DNA of 64,000 bases from the human T2T-CHM13v2.0 reference genome, Homo sapiens. Shown piece by piece: positions 19,729 through 36,665 of this stretch. How positions within the stretch are numbered: the first letter of the stretch is position 1; every line of letters begins with the position of its first letter. Location: assembly GCF_009914755.1 (NCBI RefSeq), contig NC_060929.1; one strand, written 5' to 3'. The notes beneath the pieces are model-generated. The model ran no database searches. It had not been told where the DNA came from and saw only the letters and a program-made list of their open reading frames with translations. A program made the position numbers and the translations under genes.

Positions 19729-19898
19729 CAGTGGTTCTCAAACTTTAGAGAGGACCACAATCACCTGGAGGGCGTATTAAAAAACATTGCTGGTACCCAC
19801 TCCTAGAGGTTCTGTTTTGATTCTTCATTTTAAACAAATTTTTAGGTTGTTGCTGATGTAGTACTGCTGATCCTTGGATCATACTTTGAGACCCACTG
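19729..19898. mobile_element. MER5A-like DNA transposon
   Basis: Terminal inverted repeats cagtggttctcaaact / actttgagacccactg; internal aatcacctggaggg. Confidence 0.75.
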
Positions 19899-20689
19899 AT
19901 CTTGGACAGGAAAATGAAGCGAGTATAACTGTTTAGTTCCTCCTGGTTAAAGTCTTCATGGAGAAGGGAAAAAACACTAACATTTAAGTCTGTACCCTGT
20001 CAAAATCCTGTGCCAGATGATTTGTAGTCATTGTTTTACTTAACCCTTGAAACCACTCTGCAAAGCAGTCCTCAGGCCCGTTTTCCCTCAAACATACACC
20101 TGTTAAAAACTTGCTGGAATGATTCTTTCTTCAATGAGAGCTTATACTTATAACTGAAAGAATAATGTTGGCATATACCATTACAAATGTGATTTTATTT
20201 AATGTAGAGGATATGTTAAGTTCCATTGCTGACTATTATGTATTCATTACTCTTCTGTTGACTTATGAGAGAGATAAAATGTAGATTAATTTAGCAGTAA
20301 TGATTATACAATAGATGGAATTAAATTTTGAGATATGTTTTCTCATAAAGAACATAAAATGAATGAGAGCTTGACTTTAAAAATCAATATATTACATCTT
20401 TCAGATCACAGAAAAAATAAGCCTATGTTAATTTTGTGTTTTTTTTTTTTAATGTTGCCAATTGGTTATTGACCAGCTCTATTTTAGAAAAATATAAGAG
20501 GAGGAATGGTAAATTTCAGAATAGTAAGTATTAAGATATGACCAAATCCTTGATAACTCAACCATAAGACTTACTCATTTAAAGTACAGTATTCTCTGCT
20601 AATATTATTTTTCAAAAGTCAACTTTTTTTTTGAAACATCAACTTGTTTTTCCTGGAATTCAGTGAAGTTACTTTGTGTTGTTTGACAG

Positions 20690-20889
20690 ACAGCATCGCA
20701 CAGAATTATTTTAAAAAAAAGCAGTGATCCAAGCAATTGAATTGGAAGCACTCTGGGGAAACCTGCTGTTTATTGTGGAAATCATCTTCGATCTTGGAAT
20801 TGAAAGTAAAGCTGGAAAGGAATTTACAAACAAGAAAAAAAAGAAGTTTGGAATCGGATTCACAGGATCTGGGCTTGGAAATGCCTCAG
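20690..20889 (+). CDS. CREBRF: CREBRF exon 2: 5'UTR 20690-20880 plus first coding bases ATG CCT CAG (M1-P2-Q3)
   Basis: Acceptor tgtttgacag|ACAG and donor CAG|gtaaat. ATG at 20881 splices in phase 0 to 26609, giving MPQPSVSGMDPPFG, the recognised CREBRF N-terminus. No other ATG in this exon. Confidence 0.93.
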
Positions 20890-21750
20890 GTAAATCATAC
20901 AGAGTAGGTGCAAAGTTTTTTATTTTCCCACTACAGAAAGTCAATACCTTTGACTCTTAAATGAATCTTAACACAACTTTGCATACTACCTTTTTGTGAT
21001 ATCTCATTTCTGATCTCAGCTAGTTTTGAGTACATGTTCTTCCTTCCATTGGCTTCTATTTCTTACTTTGCTATCACTTGAAGTTTAATGAGTTCTACAT
21101 AGGTAGTATGATAAATAGGTAGAAGGTGGACAGATCTGCTGGCTTTATGGGGCAAAACCAACTCCCTTGAAAATTAGTCTGCCACAGCAATCCCGTTTCT
21201 ATCTCCTCACTATTCCTATTTCCCAATTCTTACCTTTCATTTATGCTAGCTGAATTTAGAAGTAATTAAGAGGAAATAGTGAGAGACTTCAGGCTGCCTC
21301 CCCCAACCCCTCTCATCTCTCTCTTTCTCATAGACACACACACATACCTATGTGTGCACATGTAAATATCTCCCCACAAAATATATCTAAGAATGATTGT
21401 ATCTGTTTATATTATGGCAGCTACTCTGAATTGATCAGTTTTGGTTTTAGGCAATCAGTGAGACAATCAGTGAAGCCCTGTTAGTCCCCATTCTGCTTAT
21501 CTAAACTCCTCCTTTTCTTCTCCAGTGTTTAGCTCTTGCCCCTCCCCTGTTTGTTTCAGTGCTGGGGAGAAACCTAGAAGTAATGAGTGGGCAGGGACTC
21601 TTGGGTGGCTTTTTGTGTTGCCATACTGAGCTATCCCTTGAGCACAGGGAATCAACAATTTGCTGGGATTGTCTGGTGACTCGGAGACAGGCAGAAGAGG
21701 TAAAGAAAGGGGACTTGGTAATAGATATTGAAAAGACCAGCGGCCGGCTA

Positions 21751-22398
<648 letters not shown>

Positions 22399-22866
22399 TG
22401 AGCCACCGTGCCTGGCCGAGGTTTAGTTTTATATTTATTGAGTACTTGAATTTGGGGCTTAAATTTTAAACTTATTTTCTCAAGCTAACTTTTTCTAGGA
22501 AGAAAGGTTCTGCAGGCTGGAAAAGTAGGGGGAAGATAAGAGAAAGAAAAAAAAATAAGATGGGATGTACCAATGAAGAAAAATACGATGAGAGGGTCTA
22601 TGAAAAGTCCGGTTTGTGAAAGATAGAAAGTATATGAAAAGAATAAGCAAATAGATTAATACCATTTAAAAACATTTCTGCAGAAACTTGCAAAAAAAAA
22701 AAAGAAAATACTAAAAAAGAGAAATTTTTGGCCAGTTGGCAGTGGCTCATATCTGTAATCCCAGAACTTTGGGAGGCCAAGGTGGGCGGATCACTTGAGG
22801 TCAGGAGTTTGAAACCAGCCTGACCAACATGGTGAAACCCTGTCTCTACTAAAAATACAAAAATTA

Positions 22867-23112
<246 letters not shown>

Positions 23113-23115
23113 TCA

Positions 23116-23359
<244 letters not shown>

Positions 23360-23959
23360 TCATTCTCTTTCTTCATCTCAGTTAGATTTCAAATTGAGGC
23401 CTTTCTATTATTTGACCCACTTTAGGAGGGTGAGCCCAGACTTGACTCTGGCGGGATTTGTATAGATGTTAAAATGTAAAAAGAAGATAGAGAAAAAACA
23501 AGAAGGAGAATTAATGCTGGGTCCCAAGTCTTTTTTTTCCCCTTTACTTATTATGGAATGGACTGTGCCCTTTTCAGGAATCAGGATTAAGGCTACAGAG
23601 TTCATGCCCAAGTTACTGGTCTTACCAAGGAGATTTTTGGGTATTTAGTTGATTCTGTTTCCATTACCTTCCTGCAGGCATTGGTTGTACTAGACAGTGA
23701 TGCCCAAATTGTCTTCCAGCTTGCTTTGGAAAATAAGACATGGGACTCAGCAGCACAGAGTGAGAGTGATTTGCTGTATCTGCAGACCCTAGGAAAAGAC
23801 AGGGAATTCTCTACTGATAGTTAAAATAGTGTTGTTAGACAAGGATTTGAAGAAATGTTATACAGCTAAGTGAAAGTACTCGATAGGTGCTGTATGGTGA
23901 CTGGTGGCTAAATAAGCTTTACTTTCTAGAAGATATTAATTGCTGCTCTATATTTTTTC

Positions 23960-26394
<2,435 letters not shown>

Positions 26395-26608
26395 CTCTAT
26401 TTTTTCTATTTTTAGGTATTTTCCTAATATAAGTCTACAGTTCAGTGTTAGCCAAAGCTCTTAAATATACTATACAGTAGAAAAAAAGTATAGAAATGTT
26501 TTCTGAAAAGAATAAGTTACTTAGTGGGGGTGGGGTTGGGGCTCATATGTGATAAATTGGTCTCAAAGTAGTCTTTAACTTTCTAAAATAAAAATCACTC
26601 TGTTGTAG

Positions 26609-26734
26609 CCTAGTGTAAGCGGAATGGATCCGCCTTTCGGGGATGCCTTTCGAAGCCACACCTTTTCGGAACAAACTCTGATGAGCACAGATCTCTTAGC
26701 AAACAGTTCGGATCCAGATTTCATGTATGAACTG
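26609..26734 (+). CDS. CREBRF: CREBRF exon 3 (126 nt, aa 4-45, PSVSGMDPPFGDAFRSHTFSEQTLMSTDLLANSSDPDFMYEL)
   Basis: tgttgtag|CCT ... GAACTG|gtaagc. Open frame, phase 0/0, joins exon 4 in frame. Confidence 0.96.
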
Positions 26735-26936
26735 GTAAGCAACATTTTCTTGGTTTTGGTCTTGATTGATTTGGGGTAAAAGTTTGTGGGAGAGTTTTTT
26801 GTTTATAAATGCCTGAAAAAAAAAGATGTGCTTGGGCCAAGTTTGATTCTTATGATTATACCTAGGATAATTTTATTTATTTATTTTTATTTTTATTTTT
26901 TTGAGACGGAGTCTCACTCTGTTTCTCAGGCTATAG

Positions 26937-27409
<473 letters not shown>

Positions 27410-27877
27410 TGAGCTCCCGACCTCAGGTGATCTGCCCGCCTCGGCTTCCCAAAATGCTGGGATTACAGGCATGAGCCATCGCACCTGGCCTACATCTAGT
27501 AATTTTAAAAGTATGCAGCTGTTGGCTGGGCATGGTGGCTCACGCCTGTAATCCCAGCACTTTGGGAGGCCAAGGCGGGCGGATCATGAGGTCAGGAGAT
27601 TGAGACCATCCTGGCCAACATGGTGAAATTCCGTCTCTGCTAAAAATACAAAAATTAGCTGGGCATGGTAGTGCGCACCTGTAGTCCTAGCTACTCGGGA
27701 GGCTGAGGCAGGAGAATTGCTTGAACCAGGGAGTCAGAGGTTGTGGTGAGCCAAGATCGCCCCATAGCATTCCAGTCTGGCAGACTGGAGTCTCAAAAAG
27801 AAAAAGGATGCTTCTGGGTATGGTGGCTCATGCCTGTAATCCCAGCACTTTGAGAGGCCGAGGCGGGTGGATCACCT

Positions 27878-28443
<566 letters not shown>

Positions 28444-28490
28444 AAAATTAGCTGGGTGTGGTGGTGGGTGCCTGTAATCCCAGCTACTCA

Positions 28491-28595
<105 letters not shown>

Positions 28596-30422
28596 TCAAA
28601 AAAAAAAAAAAAAAATGAATGCATCAAAAATGGTAAAAGATTATCTAAATATCTTCAAATCTAGTTTTTGATAAAGATAATGGGCTTTTCAGCTGGAAAA
28701 CATTGAGCAAGGCATGTGAATGACATAAAGAATGTGGCACAAAAATAACAATTCCAAACAGGATCTGCATATACTTAATCATTTATTCTTGAGGTAAATA
28801 GACACTTAAAATTCAGAAGAAAAACATTTTAAAAACAGTTTTAATTACATAAAATTGAAATAACACAAAAATATATAAAAACTGGAAAACTGAGTGCTCA
28901 AATGCATAAATCTACTAAAAATTATTGAATTGTCTACTTAATATAGGTTGGTTTTATGGTATGTGAAATTATACTTCAGTAAAGCTGTTAAAACATACAC
29001 AGACAGGCCGGGCGCAGTGGTCATGCCTGTAATCCCAGCACTTTGGGAGGCTGAGGCAGGTGGATCACAAGGTCAGGAGTTCAAGACCAGCCTGACCAAG
29101 ATGGTGAAACCTCATCTCTACTAAAAATACAAAAAAATTAGCTGGGCATGGTGGCACGTGCCTGTAATCTCAGCAATTCAGGAGGCTGAGGCAGAGAATT
29201 TCTTAAATCTGGAGGAGGAGGTTGCAGTGAGCCAAGATCGCGCCACTGCACTCCAGTCTGGGTGACAGAGTGAGACTCCATCTCAAAAAAAAAAAAAACA
29301 AAAAAAAAAACCCATACACAGACAACACACACACACACACACACACCCCAAAAATTAAAGAAAAAAAATAACTCTGGAAGACTCAAAACGTCCTCATTTT
29401 CTTTCTGTGCCTCCACCTTCCAAACCTTTTACCAAAACGTAACTAACAGGTTCTTTTCCATGCATATGTAAACATATGTATATAGTTTTTTTGTATATAC
29501 TTTTTAATTGGATAATATAGATAACAGTTTTCTGTAACTTGCTCTTTTAAAAATAAAAATATATGGTGGGCAGTCTTTCATATTTGTACATTAGAGCTAT
29601 GCTGCATTCATTTCAATGGCTGCAGAGTCTTAACTGATATTTGAAATTGACATCTCCAGTGGCACATGCCTGTAATCCCAGCAATTTGGGAGGGCAAGGT
29701 GGGCAGATCACTTGAGGTCAGGAGTTTGAGACCAGCCTGGTCAACATGGTAAAGCCCTGTCTCTACTTTAAAAAAAAAAAAAAAGAAAAAAAAATCATCT
29801 CTAAAATTCGTGAGGAGTATTTTACTCTGCCTGCCCAAGTGTTGTTATAAGGTCTTGCAAAAGATCTTACCATTCTGTGGTTGAATTCCAACTCTCTTTG
29901 GATTGCTCTTTGCCTCTATATTTAAGTTCCCACTAAAAAGATATCCTCTTCTGTAATGAGGGTGTCTTTATTATTTTCATTGTTAATATTTTAAATTCTT
30001 CTCTCTCACTTATCACATTGTTTGCTTTTTAGTTGAAGTGTCTCCCCCTGCCCCCACCCTACCACCACTAAGGAGATCCCAAAATCCTTCTAAGATAAGG
30101 AAATGTAAACTTTTTTCAGGCAGAATGTTTATGGTAAACTCAAGAGCCCTTGATATTTGGATCATACCTGAGCCTCTCAAGGGACACACTTTCCGTCTTT
30201 TTTAAATTTAATTTTTAATTGATTTTTGTTTGTTTTATTTTCATTCTACTTTTTCTTGCCTAAGGAAATGATGACATTATATGAAATGATAAAGCGTCCT
30301 GTCAGTAGCCTTTATGTTAAAACAGACCAAAAGTCAAGTATTGATTTATCAGTTTGACATATGGAGGTGAATATTTCCTTCTGAAATATGATGTGCAATT
30401 TCTTTTTTAAAACCTTTCTCAG

Positions 30423-31509
30423 GATAGAGAGATGAACTACCAACAGAATCCTAGAGACAACTTTCTTTCTTTGGAGGACTGCAAAGACATTGAAAATCTG
30501 GAGTCTTTCACAGATGTCCTGGATAATGAGGGTGCTTTAACCTCAAACTGGGAACAGTGGGATACATACTGTGAAGACCTAACGAAATATACCAAACTAA
30601 CCAGCTGTGACATCTGGGGAACAAAAGAAGTGGATTACTTGGGTCTTGATGACTTTTCTAGTCCTTACCAAGATGAAGAGGTTATAAGTAAAACTCCAAC
30701 TTTAGCTCAACTTAATAGTGAGGACTCACAGTCTGTTTCTGATTCCCTTTATTACCCCGATTCACTTTTCAGTGTCAAACAAAATCCCTTACCCTCTTCA
30801 TTCCCTGGTAAAAAGATCACAAGCAGAGCAGCTGCTCCTGTGTGTTCTTCTAAGACTCTGCAGGCTGAGGTCCCTTTGTCAGACTGTGTCCAAAAAGCAA
30901 GTAAACCCACTTCAAGCACACAAATCATGGTGAAGACCAACATGTATCATAATGAAAAGGTGAACTTTCATGTTGAATGTAAAGACTATGTAAAAAAGGC
31001 AAAGGTAAAGATCAACCCAGTGCAACAGAGCCGGCCCTTGTTGAGCCAGATTCACACAGATGCAGCAAAGGAGAACACCTGCTACTGTGGTGCAGTGGCA
31101 AAGAGACAAGAGAAAAAAGGGATGGAGCCTCTTCAAGGTCATGCCACTCCCGCTTTGCCTTTTAAAGAAACCCAGGAACTATTACTAAGTCCCCTGCCCC
31201 AGGAAGGTCCTGGGTCACTTGCAGCAGGAGAGAGCAGCAGTCTTTCTGCCAGTACATCAGTCTCAGATTCATCCCAGAAAAAAGAAGAGCACAATTATTC
31301 TCTTTTTGTCTCCGACAACTTGGGTGAACAGCCAACTAAATGCAGTCCTGAAGAAGATGAGGAGGACGAGGAGGATGTTGATGATGAGGACCATGATGAA
31401 GGATTCGGCAGTGAGCATGAACTGTCTGAAAATGAGGAGGAGGAAGAAGAGGAAGAGGATTATGAAGATGACAAGGATGATGATATTAGTGATACTTTCT
31501 CTGAACCAG
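30423..31509 (+). CDS. CREBRF: CREBRF exon 4 (1087 nt, aa 46-408; includes Ser-rich and long acidic Asp/Glu tracts)
   Basis: ttttctcag|GAT AGA GAG ATG; coincides with the 369-aa track ORF 30432..31541; donor CCAG|gtatta (phase 1). Confidence 0.97.
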
Positions 31510-31541
31510 GTATTATAATGCTTGCAAGCTTACCAGACTGA
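31510..31541 (+). CDS. CREBRF: Read-through coding tail of short CREBRF isoform (..G-IIMLASLPD*, 417 aa total, no bZIP)
   Basis: Frame continues past the exon 4 donor to TGA at 31539-31541; AATAAA at 32473 and 33073 downstream. Agrees with my recollection of an annotated short isoform. Confidence 0.7.
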
Positions 31542-31910
31542 CCTTTGTATTACTATTTTGAAATAGAAAGGTTTTTGTTTCTGTTTTGTTTGGATAATTT
31601 CTTTATTTTAGTTTGGGAATTAAATGACTTAAACCTTGGATTGGATATGTAATTGGTTTTTCTATTCAAATAGCTCTAAAATGATCACTTTTGCTCACAT
31701 AGGGATTCATAAGCTGATTCCTTGAGGGCTTATTTTTTATTATTTTATTTCTTATTTTTAAAATTAAAATAGAGATGAGAGCTTGCCACTGTGCCCAGCT
31801 GAGGACTTATTCTTAATGTATCTTATGTTAAGTGACCTGTTTTGTCACTCTCTTGAGCATTTATGCAAAGACACCAATAATTTATTGGTTTAAAAAATAT
31901 TCCTGTTTAG

Positions 31911-32217
<307 letters not shown>

Positions 32218-33072
32218 TATTACTGTTTATGCATGTGTCTCTCTATTATAGTTGAGATAAGTTAGGAGTATATAGAATGTTGAACCAAGTGATGATGGTT
32301 TATATTACTCATTCCAATACCCAACAAAGTCTATTTATGAATAATGTAAAAGCATTTTCTTTGTGTCTGCTAACATTTTAATTTACATCGTATTTTCCTA
32401 TTTAAGAAAAATACATGCTGTAATTTGGTGAGCATGAAGGAGACTCTGCTTTATTTATATACAGCGCATATAAATAAAAGGGACAAAGAAAATGAAATCT
32501 CTGGGGGAACTGGTTCACTTTAGCATTTACATGCTTGGGCTTTTGGCGCTGTTGGCTTGTGCAGTTTATTTATAAAAATAGTATTGCCAAGTGGCACATG
32601 GTTGAAAATGCACAAAGAAGTAAAGATCTTTAAATTTAAACTAAAGTTATCTTCTTCAAAAATATTGTTGGTACTAACTCTGCATGAAAACTAAGTTATT
32701 ATTTAAAAAAAAACTATCAAAGAGAGCCCTTTTGTTATAATGATGATTGCTGGAATTTCAGGCAGTATAAACATAGATATTTAATTTTCTGAAAGGCGTT
32801 TAAAGCATAATACCTATATTGTAACTAGTGAAACATTATTCTTACTAAAAGAATTTTTCCTTTGGTGAAATCTTTCTATTACACAAATGCTTTGATTTAT
32901 GCATTTGACACAAACATTTTTTGATTTGGGTGGAGTTTCAGGTAAGTAAAAGGTACTTGAATATGGAAGAAAAGGGATTGTGCCTTCTTCATTGGTTTAC
33001 TGTACAACTCTATATAGTCTAGGTAGAATAATGTCTTTTTACAATACAGGAAAATTTTTCTCTTGGCAAGTG

Positions 33073-33078
33073 AATAAA
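33073..33078 (+). terminator. Candidate intronic polyadenylation signal for the short isoform
   Basis: AATAAA followed ~30-45 nt later by G/T-rich sequence (gacttgactttgtaggt). Alternative AATAAA at 32473. Confidence 0.4.
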
Positions 33079-35195
33079 ATCTGCTTTGAGATATTTCAAG
33101 GAGACTTGACTTTGTAGGTAGGGGTAATTTATATAACTCCCTGCACTTGGAAGATCATAGTGCTCTTCATAAGTGGTCCTTAAAGTCTTGACAGATTGGT
33201 CCTGTTGCTTTGAGTCTCGTATTTAGGAGCAGGGAGGGGAAGGGTGAAACAAAGAGAGGATGGGTAATTAAGGGAAATAGCAAATGTGGGGAAGGAAATG
33301 CCTTTAGCAGCTGGTGCTTAAAGGAATATATAGATCAGAAGGAGTCAGTAAATCCTACCATCACCAAGGCAGCAAGGACTATATTATCTACCTGACTTTT
33401 GATTGTAGTTTTGCTTTTCTTTGACTTTTTCCCCCCAGCTTTATTGAGGTATGTTTGGCAAATAAAAATTGTATACGTTTAAAGTGTACAACATGTTTTT
33501 ACATATGTATACATTGTGAAATGATTACTAAAATCAGGCTAATTAACATACCCATCACTTCACATAGTAGGGTGGTAAGAACATTTAAGATCTACTCTCT
33601 TAACAAATTTGGCCTACACAATACAGTTGTTGTTGTTGTTTTGAAACAAGATATGGCTCAATTGCCTAGGCTGGAGTGCGGTGGCACAATCTTGGCTCAC
33701 TGCAACCTCTGCTTCCCTGGCTCAAGCCACCCTCCCACCACAGCCTTCCAAGTAGCTAGGACCACAGGCGTGCACCATCATGCCCAGCTAATTTTTGTAT
33801 CTTTTGTTGAGATGGGGTTTTGCCATGTTGCCCAGGCATGTCTTGAACTTGTGAACTCAAGCCACCTGCCCGCCTCAGCCTTCCAAAGTGCTGGAATTAC
33901 AGGCGTGAGCCACCACACCCAGCCCAGTATTGTTATCTGTAGTCACAATGCTGTATGTTAGATCTCCAGAGCTTATTCATCCTGCATAACTGAAACTTTG
34001 TACCTTTTGGCCAACATCTTCCCATTTCCCCCACCCACCAGCCCCTGGCAACCTCCATTCTACTTTTTACTCTCTGATCCTGAGTTTGACTTTTTTTCTA
34101 AGATTTCGCATGTAAATGAGATCATGCTGTATTTGTCTTTCTGTGCCTGGCTTATTTAACTTAGCATGATGTCTTCCAGGTTCATCCATGTTATTACAAA
34201 GACAGGATTTCCTTTCTTTTTAAGGCTGAATAATATTCCTGTGTGTGTGGGCATGTGCGTATAACTCTCACATTTTCTTTATGTATATGTTCATTGTTGG
34301 CCCCTTTGTTGATTCCTTATCTTGGATTATGTGAATACTGTTGCAATGAACATAGGAATGCAGATATCTCTTCAAGATACTGGCTTTATTTATTTTGGCT
34401 GTATCCCCAGAAGTGGGATTGCTGGATCATATGATCGTTCTATTTTTAATTTTTTGAGGAACTTCCATGCTGTTTTCCATAATGACTGTACCAATTTACA
34501 TTCCCACTAATAGTTTACAAGAGTTCTCTTTTTTCCACATCCTCAATAACACTTGCTTTCATTTATCTTTTTGGTAATAGCCATGCCGACAGGTATGAGG
34601 TGATATCTCATTGTGGCTTTCGTTTGTATTTCTCTGATGATTAGTGGTATTGAGCATGTTTTCATATACTTGTTGGCCATTTGGATGTCTTTTTAAAAAT
34701 GTTTATTCAGGTCCTTTGCCCATTTTTTAATTGGATTGTTTTCTTGCTATTACATTGTTTGGGTTCCTTGTATATTTTGGATATTAACTCCTTATCAGAT
34801 GTATGGTTTGCAGATATTTTTCTTTCATTTCATAGGTAGTCCCTTCACTCTGTTAATTGTTTATTTTGCTCTGTGGGAGCTTTTTGGTTTGATGCAATCT
34901 CATTTGTTTTATTTTTGCTTTTGTTGCTAGTGCTTTTAGAATTATACATTTAAAAAATCATTGCCCAGACCAATGTCAAGAATCCTTTTTCATGTTTTCT
35001 CCTAGTATTTTTATTATTTAGTTCTTATGTTTAAGTCTTTAATCCATTTCGAGTTGATTTTTCAATATGGTATGAGATAAGGGTCTCCAGTGTCATTATT
35101 TTGCCTTTGAATATCCAGTTTTCCCATAACCATTTATTGAAGAGACTATCCTTTACTTATTGTTGTTTCTGGCACCTTTGCCAAGAATTAATTAA

Positions 35196-35533
<338 letters not shown>

Positions 35534-36459
35534 TGATCTGCCAGCCTCGGCCTCCCAAAGTGCTGGGATTACAGGCATGAGCCACCGTGCCTGGCCTATA
35601 ATTACTAAAGCTTTGTAATATATTTTGAAATCAGATAATATGATGCCTCCAGTTTTGTTTTTCTTACCCAAGATAGCTTTGGCTATTCAGAATCTTTTGT
35701 GATTTCATATGAGTTTTAGGGTCTTTTTCCCTTTGTTTAAGGATTGCATTGAATTTGTAGTTCATTTTGGGTGATATGGATATTTTGGCCGTATTAATTC
35801 TTCCAATCCATAAACATAGGATATCTTTCTATTTATTTGTGTCTTCAGTTTCTTTCACCAATGTTGTATAGTTTTCAATGTATAGATCTTTCACTTTCTT
35901 GGTTAAATTTTTTTCTAAGTTTTTTTTTTTTAGTGTGATACTGTTGTAAATGGGATTTTTTTCTAATTTCTTTTTTGGATAGTTGTTAGCATATAGAAAC
36001 ACAAGTGATTTTTGAATAATGATTTTGTATCCTGCAGCTTTACTGAATTAGTTTATTAGTTCTAACAGTTCTATGGTGAAGTCTTTTCTTTTTTTGAGAC
36101 AGAGTCTTGCTCTGTTGCCCAGGCTGGAGTGCAGTGGCGCCATCTGGGCTCACTGCAAACTCCGCCTCCCGGGTTATGCCATTCTCCTGCCTCAGCCTCC
36201 TGAGTAGCTGGGACTACAGGTGCCTGCCACCAAACCCGGCTAATTTTTTTGTATTTTTAGTAGAGGCGGGGTTTCACTGTGTTAGCCAGGATGGTCTCGA
36301 TCTCCTAACCTTGTGATCCGCCCGCCTTGGCCTCTCAAAGTGCTGGGATTACAGGCGTGAGCCACTGCGCCCAGCCTATGGTGAAGTCTTTAGGGTTTTC
36401 TAGATACAAGATCATGTCATCTACTAACAGAGACAATTTCTTTTCCTATTTGGATGCCT

Positions 36460-36665
36460 TTCCTTCTTTGTTTTCTTTCTTCCCCTGCCTCCCTTCCCTC
36501 CCTTCCTTTTCTCTTTCCTTTTCCCTTCCCTTCCCTTCCCTTCCCTCCCCTCCCCTCTCCTCCCCTCTCCTCCCTCCCCTCCCCTTTCTGTGTCCAGTCC
36601 CTCCCCTGCCCTCCTCTCCCCTCTTGCCCCTTCCCCCTCCCCTCCCCTTCCCTTTCCTTTCCTTT
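36460..36665. repeat. Polypyrimidine (CCCTT/CCCCT)n tract
   Basis: ~200-bp CT-rich run. Confidence 0.9.

Noticed and set aside
20711-20960. Out-of-frame and antisense ORFs over exon 2 (likewise 30718-31518 and 50611-50847)
   Set aside because: Shadow frames of real exons, with no independent support.
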